Source: a virus (lineage: Duplodnaviria > Caudoviricetes). From it: 64,000 nucleotides of DNA. Both the position numbers and the translations under genes were made by a program. The DNA lies in IMG/VR virus record IMGVR_UViG_2767802758_000001, positions 1-64,000 of that record. The stretch is one strand, 5' to 3'. Below, in pieces: positions 45,347-54,555 of the stretch. The notes beneath the pieces were generated by a model. The model was not told the DNA's origin, did no database searches, and saw nothing but the letters and a program-made list of their open reading frames with translations. Each line of letters begins with the position of its first letter. Positions within the stretch are counted from its first letter, which is position 1.

Positions 45347-45967
45347 CTAGCTTTTGGTTATGGGAGAGGTAGATTTCTTATGTCTATTTCGCAGGACAGT
45401 TAAATCAGAATATATATTTTTTAATTTTTGGGCCTGCTCCTCACCGTCTATCATAGGTGGCATATCCACGTATTTTCGAAGTTGTGTTAATAGCTTAGTG
45501 GCCTCCAGACCTAGTTTGGTATATGCATATCTTCTCGCTAGAAAATATTTTTTATGATCTGGTGGGTCATAAAATCCCTCGAAATCACCATCCAAGTATG
45601 CTTCGATCTTACCCTTTGCTTGAGCTAGCATCATAATATTGAACATCAAATTTTTTGGAATAGATTGCCATTCAACCTCAAAACCTAGAGGATTGAATTC
45701 TGGCGGGGCTATTGTTGTCTGATGGTGGCCATTGCTGCCTGCTGGTCTGCCGCGCTCTGTTCCATCGTCATAGGCAATGTCCAAGCAGCGCCCGATAAAA
45801 ATATCAAGCTGAGGGGCGACAATGAGCGCTAAGTATGTTGCCTTTTCTTTCCGGCTAACGAGCTTGGTCAGCCAAGCCTGCATCACTCCAATTACGCTAC
45901 CGATAGCCACCCCTAAAATACCGGCTACGCCTGTAATGATCGCTGTAACATTTTGGTCATTTATCAT
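45347..45967 (-). CDS. Accessory single-TM protein (206 aa)
   Basis: AIITGVAGILGVAIGSVIGV TM segment; low GC. Confidence 0.8.
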   Translation of the reverse strand: MINDQNVTAIITGVAGILGVAIGSVIGVMQAWLTKLVSRKEKATYLALIVAPQLDIFIGRCLDIAYDDGTERGRPAGSNGHHQTTIAPPEFNPLGFEVEWQSIPKNLMFNIMMLAQAKGKIEAYLDGDFEGFYDPPDHKKYFLARRYAYTKLGLEATKLLTQLRKYVDMPPMIDGEEQAQKLKNIYSDLTVLRNRHKKSTSPITKS

Positions 45968-46161
45968 AAGTTTATAAAACCATTTGCTTTCAGTTCATGA
46001 TGGTCAGCGTCACTTATCCATGGTTGTATTTCCAGCATGATTTCCAGTGGCGCTCTGATGCTGAGATAGAGGCGACGCCGATTCGAGTACTGCGGTATGT
46101 TGAAACGGAGGCCGAGACCTGGGGACGGCTGTGTCGAATTGAGCGCTGATCCTTTAATCAC
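45964..46161 (-). CDS. Small hypothetical protein (65 aa)
   Basis: Abuts 46162 and overlaps 45967 by ATGA; GTG start. Confidence 0.35.
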   Translation of the reverse strand: MIKGSALNSTQPSPGLGLRFNIPQYSNRRRLYLSIRAPLEIMLEIQPWISDADHHELKANGFINL

Positions 46162-46596
46162 TTATCCAATATTGAATGTCGGTGGTCGATTGTTTTTGCT
46201 CACATAGTCCCAAATTAAAGCCCGTTCAACAAACTTGATGTACGCGTGATTCTGATGGGCGTTATCCAAGTTGACGGGCAGAATGGACACCCATAGATTT
46301 TTGGCTTCGAGGATTGAGGGAAATGACTTGCGAAAACTGACCCCGCCTGAGTGACCGAGGCGGTCGCTCGTACATGACCGCTCAAAGGACGACAGTCTTT
46401 TGAGTAAAGTTTGTCTTGTGGTCTCTCCAATGTAAATTAGCGAGTCTTGGTTTTCCCTGTAGAGCGCGGGTTGATCTTCACTGAGTGCCAACAGGTAAAC
46501 CCCAGGAGTTCTAATCCCTTGCATGGCTCGTCGTTCGTGCAGCAGAACCCAGCCGGAAAACTGACTCTTAATTTCGTCAATGGGAATATGGGGCAT
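46162..46596 (-). CDS. GIY-YIG-like nuclease
   Basis: PGVYLL...LIYIGET...L.KRL...ERALI. Confidence 0.8.
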   Translation of the reverse strand: MPHIPIDEIKSQFSGWVLLHERRAMQGIRTPGVYLLALSEDQPALYRENQDSLIYIGETTRQTLLKRLSSFERSCTSDRLGHSGGVSFRKSFPSILEAKNLWVSILPVNLDNAHQNHAYIKFVERALIWDYVSKNNRPPTFNIG

Positions 46597-46618
46597 GCGT
46601 AGGTCAGCCGCTTGATTG

Positions 46619-47290
46619 TTAAATTGAAGTTGGGTGATCGGTATTTGGTGCTTGATATTTCACATTGCTCATCTGCCGCGTCACAGGGTGCCACAGGAAA
46701 GCGGTCTCAGGCCGCGCAGTGCTCAACAATTCCAGCGCCGATTCGACGTTGGTGTCTGGCGAAGTCCATTCGCGAGCAGCATCAAATGACAGAACAACAG
46801 GTCTGCGGTCGTGAATATCCACCATGCCGCCCGCGCTGGCATCGGTCACAATAGCAAATCCGTGCTCAACATTATCGTCTTTACCTGGCTGCCAGGCCGT
46901 GATCGCGGCCATGAAGAGAGGGGCACCATCTTTACCATGGATGAACCAGGGCTGCTTATCGCCAGTTTCACCTGTCCACTCAAACCACCCATCAGCCGGT
47001 ACAAGCACACGTTTGCCGAGTAGAGCCCGCCACATGGGGGACTTCTTCAAGATTGTGTCCAGGCGGGCGTTGATGACTGGTGGCCGCTTATACCATTCAG
47101 GCTTGTAGCCCCAGAACAAGCGGTCGATTTGATCGCTGCCATCACCAAGCTGGTGGAGGACGATGGGGCGTGTACCAGGCGGCACGTTGTACTTAAGCCC
47201 ATCTGTCAGCTTGCCAAGGTCATGCGGGTTCCAGTTCATTGACTCTATATAGTCCACTGGTTCGCGGGCCTGTCTAATTCGTCCACACAT
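46619..47290 (-). CDS. SOS response-associated peptidase (SRAP/YedK/HMCES family)
   Basis: N-terminal MCGR catalytic Cys, YNVPPG, INAR.DT, ADGWFEW, HDRRP. Confidence 0.95.
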   Translation of the reverse strand: MCGRIRQAREPVDYIESMNWNPHDLGKLTDGLKYNVPPGTRPIVLHQLGDGSDQIDRLFWGYKPEWYKRPPVINARLDTILKKSPMWRALLGKRVLVPADGWFEWTGETGDKQPWFIHGKDGAPLFMAAITAWQPGKDDNVEHGFAIVTDASAGGMVDIHDRRPVVLSFDAAREWTSPDTNVESALELLSTARPETAFLWHPVTRQMSNVKYQAPNTDHPTSI

Positions 47291-47301
47291 GCATGTCTCC
47301 A

Positions 47302-47634
47302 TCAAGGTTTGGTTGCTGGATCTTGCTTGTAGCGCTTTAAGTAGTATGCCATGTCGCCGTCCCGGCCTTGGGTGCGATGAGGGAAGTTGAGCCGGTCTCG
47401 ATGTTCCGATGCACGCATGTACCCCTGAACGGCATTCTCCATTTTGAGTGCTTCAAAGAGCGGGTTTAGCCGGTGCCTGTTCTCGCCCAATCCATTCAAA
47501 GGCATGGTGCCAAGGATAGAGTAGGTAAGTACGGCCAGCTCGCGTAGGCGTTTTACCTCGCGCAACAGGTTCATCACGTCCTGATTGCGCCGGTTGCCTT
47601 CTTGGATGGCTTTCAGTTCGCGGTAGGTAAGCAT
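47302..47634 (-). CDS. LexA-regulated hypothetical protein (110 aa)
   Basis: SOS box 9 bp upstream of the start; sits directly upstream of SRAP. Confidence 0.75.
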   Translation of the reverse strand: MLTYRELKAIQEGNRRNQDVMNLLREVKRLRELAVLTYSILGTMPLNGLGENRHRLNPLFEALKMENAVQGYMRASEHRDRLNFPHRTQGRDGDMAYYLKRYKQDPATKP

Positions 47635-47643
47635 GGCAAATTA

Positions 47644-47659
47644 CTGTATAAAAAAACAG
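47644..47659. promoter_or_regulatory. LexA (SOS) box
   Basis: CTGTATAAAAAAACAG inside the extended palindrome AAATTACTGT...ACAGTAATTT. Confidence 0.85.
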
Positions 47660-47705
47660 TAATTTAGCACTTAACCGCTTGACAAGTGTTACAGCCCATA
47701 GACGC

Positions 47706-47730
47706 AAAAAAGCCCGCTCTATGGCGGGCC
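47706..47730 (-). terminator. Intrinsic terminator after the integrase
   Basis: GCCCGC stem followed by a T-tract on the minus strand. Confidence 0.7.
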
Positions 47731-47734
47731 TTCT

Positions 47735-48718
47735 TCAATCCAGTTTTGCTGCGATGTCTGTTGGTGATTGGCGATAGTAGATCATCAGGCTGCGCGGGTC
47801 GCGGTGGCCGACCATGCGAGCCAACTCTAAAATGTCGAGCTTCTTTGAAAGTCTAGTAATAGCGGTAGCCCTTGCGTCATGGAAGGTCGGGCCAGAAATG
47901 CCGGCCAAATCACGCCCGGAACGATAATAGACATCAAGTAGGGCTGATGTCAGATCAAACACTTTTTCGTCGTGCACACCCTCCATTGCTTTGAGCAATT
48001 CGATTGCTCGACGCGATAAAGGCACATACCGATCGTCACTGTTTTTGGTGCTGGCCAGATAGGCGGTGCGCTTCTCATAGCTGATGCAGTTCCAGGTCAA
48101 GCTGATAATCTCACCTGCGCGCATTGCTGTTTCGAGCGATAGCAAAAGTGCCACTGCAGCTTGCTGCCGTCGACTGGCTGGTCTGCCACCGGAATACCCG
48201 AGCGCATCGACAATTCGTTCTACTTCTCCTTCCTCGAAAATCACCGTGCGCGGTTTGCTTGCTGCTGGCTTGGTCACCTCTGGCCAAGGGTCATGATCAA
48301 CATAGCCCCATTCGCCCTTTTTTGCTTGCTTCCAAATGGCACGCAGCGATCCGATCTCACGCAGAACTGAGGCTGGTTTCACTGACTCTAGACGCCGGTC
48401 CCGCCAGGCAGCAAGGTCCGGTGCGCCGATGTCTTGCATAATGAGCTTTGCAATGTCGTCGCGTTGAATGGCTTTCAGCCTGAGTATTTCCTTGTCTCCA
48501 CTGGCCTTGGTGGGGCTCACTTGAGTGATGTATCTTTCCAACACATCGTGCAATGTCCAGCGGATAACCTTGCCGGCTCGCATGGCTGTAATTTCGGCCT
48601 CACGCTTGGATGCCCATTCTTGGGCTTCTCTTTTGGTGGGGAAGGTCGCGCTTTCTCTGAGCCCTTTTTTAACGATCTCAGCGCGCCACCCGTTGCCGCT
48701 CTTTCTAAACGAAGCCAT
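47735..48718 (-). CDS. int: Tyrosine integrase
   Basis: Catalytic R (TAMRAGE), K (TKN), HxxR (FHDAR), H (GHRD), Y (LMIYY). Confidence 0.96.
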   Translation of the reverse strand: MASFRKSGNGWRAEIVKKGLRESATFPTKREAQEWASKREAEITAMRAGKVIRWTLHDVLERYITQVSPTKASGDKEILRLKAIQRDDIAKLIMQDIGAPDLAAWRDRRLESVKPASVLREIGSLRAIWKQAKKGEWGYVDHDPWPEVTKPAASKPRTVIFEEGEVERIVDALGYSGGRPASRRQQAAVALLLSLETAMRAGEIISLTWNCISYEKRTAYLASTKNSDDRYVPLSRRAIELLKAMEGVHDEKVFDLTSALLDVYYRSGRDLAGISGPTFHDARATAITRLSKKLDILELARMVGHRDPRSLMIYYRQSPTDIAAKLD

Positions 48719-48848
48719 TTGCGTAATCCCCTGCGTAATATTTGCGTAGAGAGATTAACAAATTTGCGTAAACTTGTTTGCTTTGGTTTGTTTTGGAGTG
48801 CCTGCAGGCACCGCTTACGCCCTATGATTGTTTGCGTATGTTTGCGTA
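48718..48848. repeat. TTTGCGTA direct repeats, likely integrase arm-type sites
   Basis: Copies at 48718, 48741, 48763, 48831 and 48841, plus CTGCGTA at 48731, all between int and the tRNA. Confidence 0.7.
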
Positions 48849-48874
48849 AGCTGGTGCATGCAGTGAGTATGAGG

Positions 48875-48953
<79 letters not shown>

Positions 48954-49118
48954 AACAAGTCCGCAATTATTACATAAAGTCCGTGTTTATGCCTAGCGAA
49001 GCTGCGCGCAACGCAAGAGATGGGGGCGTCTGGGAAGCCAACCGTATTTGCTCGCGATTGGTAGCACCTTGTTGTTTATCCTTGGAGGACAATGGGTGCG
49101 TCTGAAATCCAGAGAATA

Positions 49119-49277
49119 ATGATGAAAACACTGTTTTTAGCCCTGACCCTGACATCCATTCTTTCTGCCTGTGCTGTTCATACCCCCAGAGGTTCTGTCA
49201 TTGTGGATCCAGATGGGCACGGCGGATATGGTCAGCGCCACTGTCCACCCGGCCAGGCGAAAAAAGGCAATTGCTAA
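49119..49277 (+). CDS. Small lipoprotein with CPPGQAKKG motif
   Basis: LSAC lipobox. Confidence 0.8.
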   Translation: MMKTLFLALTLTSILSACAVHTPRGSVIVDPDGHGGYGQRHCPPGQAKKGNC

Positions 49278-49299
49278 GCAAGCACTTCAGTCGGCATTT

Positions 49300-49620
49300 T
49301 TATTTGCGTTGATAGCGCTTGCTACCTGTGCTGGTTTCGCAATAGCGGCCCCCACGCGGGCCCGTGCAATAGGTGCCACTGGCACATGTGCAAGCGCTGT
49401 TTGACAGCAGCGTTTGTGGAGCCGATGGCGAACTTCGTCCTGTTGTACCGATGTACGCGGGGCAAGATCGTTTACTGCCGCTGGCAGAACCATCACGGCA
49501 TACAAAAACCTCCCCCTCGCAATGGGAGATACCGCCTTTTTTGCCTGAACAGGGGGTATTTCGTGCCTGTGTATCGAGAGGTAGCAGTGCCATGATCAGG
49601 CACAGGAACAAGCATTTCAT
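49300..49620 (-). CDS. Secreted Cys-rich protein (YdcA-like N-terminus, CTGPRGGRYC C-terminus)
   Basis: Signal peptide; PCSGKKGGISHC...FVC.DGS.S.SK. Confidence 0.8.
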   Translation of the reverse strand: MKCLFLCLIMALLPLDTQARNTPCSGKKGGISHCEGEVFVCRDGSASGSKRSCPAYIGTTGRSSPSAPQTLLSNSACTCASGTYCTGPRGGRYCETSTGSKRYQRK

Positions 49621-49739
49621 TTTTGTCTCACGCGCCAGGGACGAGCTTGAACCCCCGATGGTTTTGCCATAGAAAGAGCGTTGAAAATACATTTCTTTTT
49701 GTGCTCTGCTGTAATAGCTATTTTATTTTGGATGATGTC

Positions 49740-50006
49740 ATGCGAATCGTAATGCTTTTCCCCGCTTTATTATTAGCCGCTTGTCAAACGATGGCGCCCA
49801 CCGAGGCAGTTGGCAGCCAAGCATGGTTGGAACAGGTGGATCGCCAATTGGCTGTTTCAGATGGCCAAGGCCATGGTCCTGATTATGGCTCGCAGGAGTG
49901 GTGCAACGTGGTCCATTTTCGTTTGTACGGGAAAGCTTCTGTAGAGCCCGTACCTTGCGACCAGGCCTGGATGGAGAAGGTCAATCAGGAAATGAAAAAG
50001 CGTTAG
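49740..50006 (+). CDS. Small lipoprotein
   Basis: LAAC lipobox; GHGPDYGSQEW. Confidence 0.75.
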   Translation: MRIVMLFPALLLAACQTMAPTEAVGSQAWLEQVDRQLAVSDGQGHGPDYGSQEWCNVVHFRLYGKASVEPVPCDQAWMEKVNQEMKKR

Positions 50007-50042
50007 GCCGCGCCACGCCGGGTAGGCCGCGCAGTCAGTGGC

Positions 50043-50741
50043 TTATGACCGGCGATAGTATTTCCGGTGTTCCACCATGGTGCCGATAATTTCAATGGCA
50101 TGCTGGTCGCTGCGAATGGACGGGTAGTCTTCGTTCAGCGGCACCAGTTCAAAGATTTCTTGCCCGCCTTCATCAATGCACAGGAGGCGGTATTTCTTGA
50201 AAGTGGCTTCTTCTTCACTATTTTTGGCGACGACATAATCACCGGGGCGGGGCGTGAGCTCGCAATCAACAATAATTCGGTCGCCTTCCTTGAAGTCCGG
50301 CAACATGGAGTCGCCCTTGATCTGCAGAGCAAAAGAGCGCTCGGACAGGCACAGATCTGTCAGCAGATACTCTACCTCTTCAAACGTGAAGTTCTGGCCC
50401 GGGTCTCGAAAGACACCTGCCTGCACATAGTTGAGCAGGGGAATGCGCCGCTCGCCCATCATGGCGTTTTGCACGTTGGAGTCAAAATCACGCTTGGCAC
50501 CATAGCCATAGCCTTGTTGATCCAGGCTATGTGCTTCCAGACCCACTTCTTTTTCTATGGCGCGCGCCACTCGTTCGCCAATGCTGCGCCCGCCGTTGTA
50601 GGTGGATGACAGGTACTGGGCCAACTGCGCCCGTGTGCGCCCAATAGAGCGCGCAAAGTCAGCCGCGTTGCCGTGAGCGCGGTCTTCAATTAGGCGTTGC
50701 AGGTTTCTGCGGCGAATCGAGTAAATATCCATATTCAACAT
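50043..50741 (-). CDS. CI/LexA-type repressor with S24 autoprotease domain
   Basis: HTH; VQAG cleavage-site region; GDSM catalytic Ser; TFKKY Lys. Confidence 0.93.
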   Translation of the reverse strand: MLNMDIYSIRRRNLQRLIEDRAHGNAADFARSIGRTRAQLAQYLSSTYNGGRSIGERVARAIEKEVGLEAHSLDQQGYGYGAKRDFDSNVQNAMMGERRIPLLNYVQAGVFRDPGQNFTFEEVEYLLTDLCLSERSFALQIKGDSMLPDFKEGDRIIVDCELTPRPGDYVVAKNSEEEATFKKYRLLCIDEGGQEIFELVPLNEDYPSIRSDQHAIEIIGTMVEHRKYYRRS

Positions 50742-50756
50742 TAAAACAAGAAAAAA

Positions 50757-50772
50757 CTAAACATTGGTTTAG
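50757..50772. promoter_or_regulatory. Palindromic operator between cI and cro of element 2
   Basis: CTAAAC-ATTG-GTTTAG in an AT-rich divergent promoter region. Confidence 0.55.
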
Positions 50773-50814
50773 ATATTTCTTTTCTTTACGTTTAGAACTA
50801 TCTATACTCAACAC

Positions 50815-51006
50815 ATGAACGCTAAACACATCATCGAAGAAATGGGCGGTCGCCGAGCCGTACTGCGTATCACAGGCTTGAGCAAAGGCCGCATATCTCA
50901 ATGGGAGAAGGCCGGTGTCATTCCTCGCGTTTGGCAACTGGTGTTCCATCACATGAACCCGGTGGTGCCTGCCCCAGCACCCAAAGAAAGTTCTAGAAAT
51001 ATCTAA
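50815..51006 (+). CDS. Cro-like protein
   Basis: IIEEMGGRRAVLRITGLSKGRISQWEKAGVIP. Confidence 0.88.
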   Translation: MNAKHIIEEMGGRRAVLRITGLSKGRISQWEKAGVIPRVWQLVFHHMNPVVPAPAPKESSRNI

Positions 51007-51442
51007 GCATTCAAGATGGGGTTGGCTTGTAAGCCGAACCTGACAGATCGGCTGTGTCATGGGGTGACACAGTTCTTGTGCCCTTGGGGCATTGCCTATT
51101 AATCGGATGTTCTTGGCCTGTTGGGGTCAGGGGTCCTGCTGCGCGCCACATGTTTGCAAACAGATCTCAGGCGTGTGGCATTTCATTCCGGGATGCCATG
51201 AAAAAACATATTGAAAGCCACTGGCCGCAGGCGATGGGGTCGCCGCCCAAGCAGCTTGTGTCAGAACCAATCGCTGTACAGCCTTTGCCGTTGCTCAGGC
51301 AGGTCGTGCCGAAGGGCCAAGCCCTTGTCCGACTGGTTTATCGCCCGGGTATGCCGTCTTGTCACCCAGCCCGACAGAAACTGGGAGTGCAGCCTGTGTG
51401 GGCTTGGGCACAGCAGAACGTAAAACAGGATGGAGCGTGCCG

Positions 51443-52240
51443 ATGAGCAATATGCCGTGGTTTCGTGCCTACACCGAGATGGTGGATGACGAGAAGTTGC
51501 GTCTACTGGCTTTTGAGGACAGATGGCACTACGTCGCCTTGCTGTGTCTGAAGGGGCAGGGCGTGCTCGACAGTGGGGACACCCTGATGCTGCGCAAGGT
51601 GGCCGTCAAGCTGGGTCTGGACCTGCGCACCTTGGATGATGTCGTGCGTCGTTTAAGCGAAGTGGGCTTGATCGACCCAGAGACTTTGCAGCCCTTGGCG
51701 TGGGACAAGCGTCAGATGAAATCTGACAGCAGCGCAGAGCGCGTGGCGCGCTTTCGGGCCAGAAAAAAGCAGGAACAAGACGGTAAGGAGGGCAGTAGCG
51801 CGCCCGTAACGTTACCGAAACGGCCAAGTAACGCGCTAGATAAAGAGACAGATAAAGAAGGAGAGACAGATACAGAAAAAGATAAAGAAAAAACAAATGC
51901 GCGGCGCAAGGCTCCGGCGCTGGAGTTCTCTGCCTGGCCTGCTGAGCCCAGTGCAGAAGTGGTCGCGGATTATCTGCGCCATCGTCGCGAGATCAAAGCT
52001 CCCTTGACGCAAACCGCCTTGAATCGCCTGGGCGCCGAGGCCCACCGGGCGTTGGAGATGGGTTACAGCGTCGATGACTTTCTGGCCGAGTGCATGTTGC
52101 GTGGCTGGCGTGGGGGCAAGGCTAGTTGGCTGGAAGGGCGTAATGAGTCCCGTGCAGGGCAAGCATCGGGTTTTGACCCCCTGGCCTATGTGAACCGTCA
52201 TCGGCAACGCGAGGAGATAGACGATGTCATCGATGTCTGA
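51443..52240 (+). CDS. Phage replication initiator (replisome-organizer type)
   Basis: MPWFRAYTEMVDDEKL...SAERVARFRARK...DKE repeats. Confidence 0.85.
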   Translation: MSNMPWFRAYTEMVDDEKLRLLAFEDRWHYVALLCLKGQGVLDSGDTLMLRKVAVKLGLDLRTLDDVVRRLSEVGLIDPETLQPLAWDKRQMKSDSSAERVARFRARKKQEQDGKEGSSAPVTLPKRPSNALDKETDKEGETDTEKDKEKTNARRKAPALEFSAWPAEPSAEVVADYLRHRREIKAPLTQTALNRLGAEAHRALEMGYSVDDFLAECMLRGWRGGKASWLEGRNESRAGQASGFDPLAYVNRHRQREEIDDVIDV

Positions 52241-52931
52241 TTTTTCTAACCCCTGGCTGCTGCGTCACACCAAGCTGGAAGGCATCAGCCTGATGGACCA
52301 TTTGTACAACCGGCTCAATGGCATTTATCCCAACAAATTCCGCTCCAACTTCCGCGACAAGCAAGCCATTGAAGACTGGAAGCAAGCCTGGGCCGAGGCC
52401 TTTGATGAAGAGGGCGTCTCGCCCACGGATGTGGCACTGGGCATCAAGAATTGTCGCCGCATGTTCGATTGGCCACCCAGCTTGCCGGAGTTCTTGCGGG
52501 CCTGCCGTCCTCAACTGGAACCAGAGACTGCCTTTTTTCAGGCCGTGCGTGGCATGCAGGCACGGGTGCGAGGAGAAATGGGCGAGTGGTCGCACCCGGC
52601 GATCTATTACGCGGCAATCAGTATCGGGCAGTTTGATTTGCTGAATCAGGCTTACACGCAGCTGGAGCAGCGTTGGCACAAAGTTCTGGGCGATCAACTG
52701 GCCAAAGGGCAATGGCCAGAAATCCCGCCGCCCCGATTGGCTTTGTCTTCACCACAAGACAGAGAGCAAGGCCGTCGGGAAGGACAGCGACGCGTACGCG
52801 ATCTGGCCCAGGTTATTTCAGGCGACAACAACAAGGACCCGCGAGTCTGGGCGAACCGGATCTTGGCGCACCCCCAAGAGCGTTCTCTGGCGGTGCTGAA
52901 AATGGCTAAAGCCGCCTTGGGCAAGGAGTGA
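52224..52931 (+). CDS. Replication protein P-like (helicase loader)
   Basis: WKQAWAEAF...WPPSLPEFLRAC...WSHPAIYYAA. Confidence 0.75.
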   Translation: MSSMSDFSNPWLLRHTKLEGISLMDHLYNRLNGIYPNKFRSNFRDKQAIEDWKQAWAEAFDEEGVSPTDVALGIKNCRRMFDWPPSLPEFLRACRPQLEPETAFFQAVRGMQARVRGEMGEWSHPAIYYAAISIGQFDLLNQAYTQLEQRWHKVLGDQLAKGQWPEIPPPRLALSSPQDREQGRREGQRRVRDLAQVISGDNNKDPRVWANRILAHPQERSLAVLKMAKAALGKE

Positions 52932-52934
52932 GTT

Positions 52935-53258
52935 ATGGATCTGACAACACCGCTTCATCAAAAAGTGCGTAGGCCTATCACCGGAACACCGGCCCATCGC
53001 TACAAGGAGCTACGGGTTTTGCAGCAGCGCGGACAGATCAGGCAATTGGTACAGCAACCATCCTGGAGCCTGGTGCCCCGGTTTTTCAGCCACCTGATGC
53101 CTGCCAGCAGGATTTGCTACATCGCGGACTTTGCCTACACGGATAGCAGGAGCGGCCGTCGCATTGTGGAGGTAGGCCGCCATACACACAGTCTGTTTCA
53201 AGGTATCAAACGTGTCTTGCTGACCTGGATGCACGGCATCACCGTCCAGCGTGCCTGA
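52935..53258 (+). CDS. Degenerate DUF1064-like nuclease
   Basis: Aligns by eye to 20104..20439 (RYKEL..LQ..GQI..L..QP, YIADF.Y) but EDAKG is replaced by EVGRH. Confidence 0.65.
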   Translation: MDLTTPLHQKVRRPITGTPAHRYKELRVLQQRGQIRQLVQQPSWSLVPRFFSHLMPASRICYIADFAYTDSRSGRRIVEVGRHTHSLFQGIKRVLLTWMHGITVQRA

Positions 53259-53271
53259 AGGAGGAGTACAC

Positions 53272-53652
53272 ATGACAATCAAAGCAGAAAACAAACAGGG
53301 CCTAAGCGGCGATGATCTGCTCTGGAACTGGGCCCGCTGGTGCTGGTCCGGGCAGACAGTGGGCAATATGGAGCGCTACGTTCCCTGGCAAGAGGACTTT
53401 CGGCCCATACACCAGGACCATGCTCTGGCGGTGGATGCCTTGTACCAGCGCCTGCCGCACTATCAAGCCATGGTCATACAGGCCGAGTACCCACGCAAGA
53501 ATGCCCAGTACGGCCATCTGACCGCCAGCGAACGTCAGGCCACAGCCCGTTTGTGGATCAAAAAGGTGACTGGTGCGGTCCTTCGGGATGAAGACTACCG
53601 CCGCCATTTGATGGATTTCAGAATCACAGTCGAGAAGGAGATTTTGCGGTGA
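53272..53652 (+). CDS. Putative late-gene regulator (Q-like), paralogue of 20589..20948
   Basis: LSGDDLLWNWARWCWSG.TVGNMERYVPW shared almost verbatim. Confidence 0.7.
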   Translation: MTIKAENKQGLSGDDLLWNWARWCWSGQTVGNMERYVPWQEDFRPIHQDHALAVDALYQRLPHYQAMVIQAEYPRKNAQYGHLTASERQATARLWIKKVTGAVLRDEDYRRHLMDFRITVEKEILR

Positions 53653-53897
53653 AGTATGCAGCCGAAGTCATAGACCTGTTAGCGGCCTATCCGGGACGAG
53701 AGTTCCGCATGATTCAGATTGTGCGGCATGTCAGCAAAGGCATGGATCTGTCCACTGCACAACGCAACGCCATGCGCGAAGGCGTCAAGCGCGTGCTGGT
53801 GCAACTGCAGGATTCAGGCCAGGTGGACAAGATCAAAGAGGGCGAAACCTCTGCCTTTTACGCGTGGCGTTGCAGTCTGCAACATGGCCCGCTATGA
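53649..53897 (+). CDS. wHTH-like protein, paralogue of 20945..21253
   Basis: MKYA.EVIDLLAAYP.R.F.MIQIVRHV. Confidence 0.7.
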   Translation: MKYAAEVIDLLAAYPGREFRMIQIVRHVSKGMDLSTAQRNAMREGVKRVLVQLQDSGQVDKIKEGETSAFYAWRCSLQHGPL

Positions 53898-54067
53898 ATC
53901 TGCAAGCACAATTGCAATAATGGGCGTGCAAAGTTGCGTCCAATGCAAACGAAACAACCCCGAGCAAGAAATTGCGGCGGGGTTTTTTTATGCCTGGTCA
54001 CAGCAACCTATAGTCGTCGATTCGCCATCGGGAAGATGGCCAGGACCGTTCAGGAGAACTACACAAG

Positions 54068-54487
54068 ATGAACTTTGAACAGATCAGTAACGCCATTATT
54101 GATCGAATGGCGGCATTGACCGGGATTGCTCAGGAGTGCATCGAGTACCCCAATGCTCACGCGGCCTTTATCCCGCCGGATACGGGTGTCTGGTGCCGTT
54201 TGCTGATCAAGAATACCGACTCGGAAATGTCGGGCATGGGTGCGAAACCCTACACCCGCAAATCCGGCGAGATTCTGATCGAGTGCTTTGATCGTTTGGG
54301 TCAGGGGCGTCAGGAACTGGATCGCCTGAGCGATGCCCTGGATGAACACTTTTCCTTTTGGTCTGAGGGGGCGTTGGAATGCCTGGGCCTAAGCCATGTC
54401 GATGTAGCGGCGGATGACCCGCAAAAACGGCCACAACGAGAAGAGTTCTACCAGATCAACCTGACCGTCCCGTTCCGGGCTGGTTAA
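54068..54487 (+). CDS. Tail terminator-like protein
   Basis: IEYPN..F.PP..G.WCRL...YQINL.VPF; directly before the tube gene. Confidence 0.8.
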   Translation: MNFEQISNAIIDRMAALTGIAQECIEYPNAHAAFIPPDTGVWCRLLIKNTDSEMSGMGAKPYTRKSGEILIECFDRLGQGRQELDRLSDALDEHFSFWSEGALECLGLSHVDVAADDPQKRPQREEFYQINLTVPFRAG

Positions 54488-54555
54488 TTTTTTACCTGTT
54501 TTTTGTGCCGACCTCGCGTCGGTTTTTTTTTGCCTGCATACAGGAGAGATGCATT

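Larger units (their letters stand above)
1..48874. mobile_element. Lambdoid siphovirus prophage integrated at the tRNA-Ile2 3' end; left boundary lies outside the window
   Basis: Canonical module order (early-left, cI/cro, replication, terminase, portal, capsid, tail, lysis, integrase); integrase 5' end lies ~160 bp from the tRNA 3' end; no second copy of the tRNA 3' end seen in the window. Confidence 0.93.

Noticed and set aside
51054-51446. 130-aa ORF in the cII position of element 2
   Set aside because: No HTH or RBS support and several competing frames; treated as non-coding or decayed
51840-51895. GATAAAGA repeats as a CRISPR or regulatory array
   Set aside because: They encode the DKE low-complexity linker of the initiator; no spacer structure. 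No CRISPR array was seen anywhere in the window
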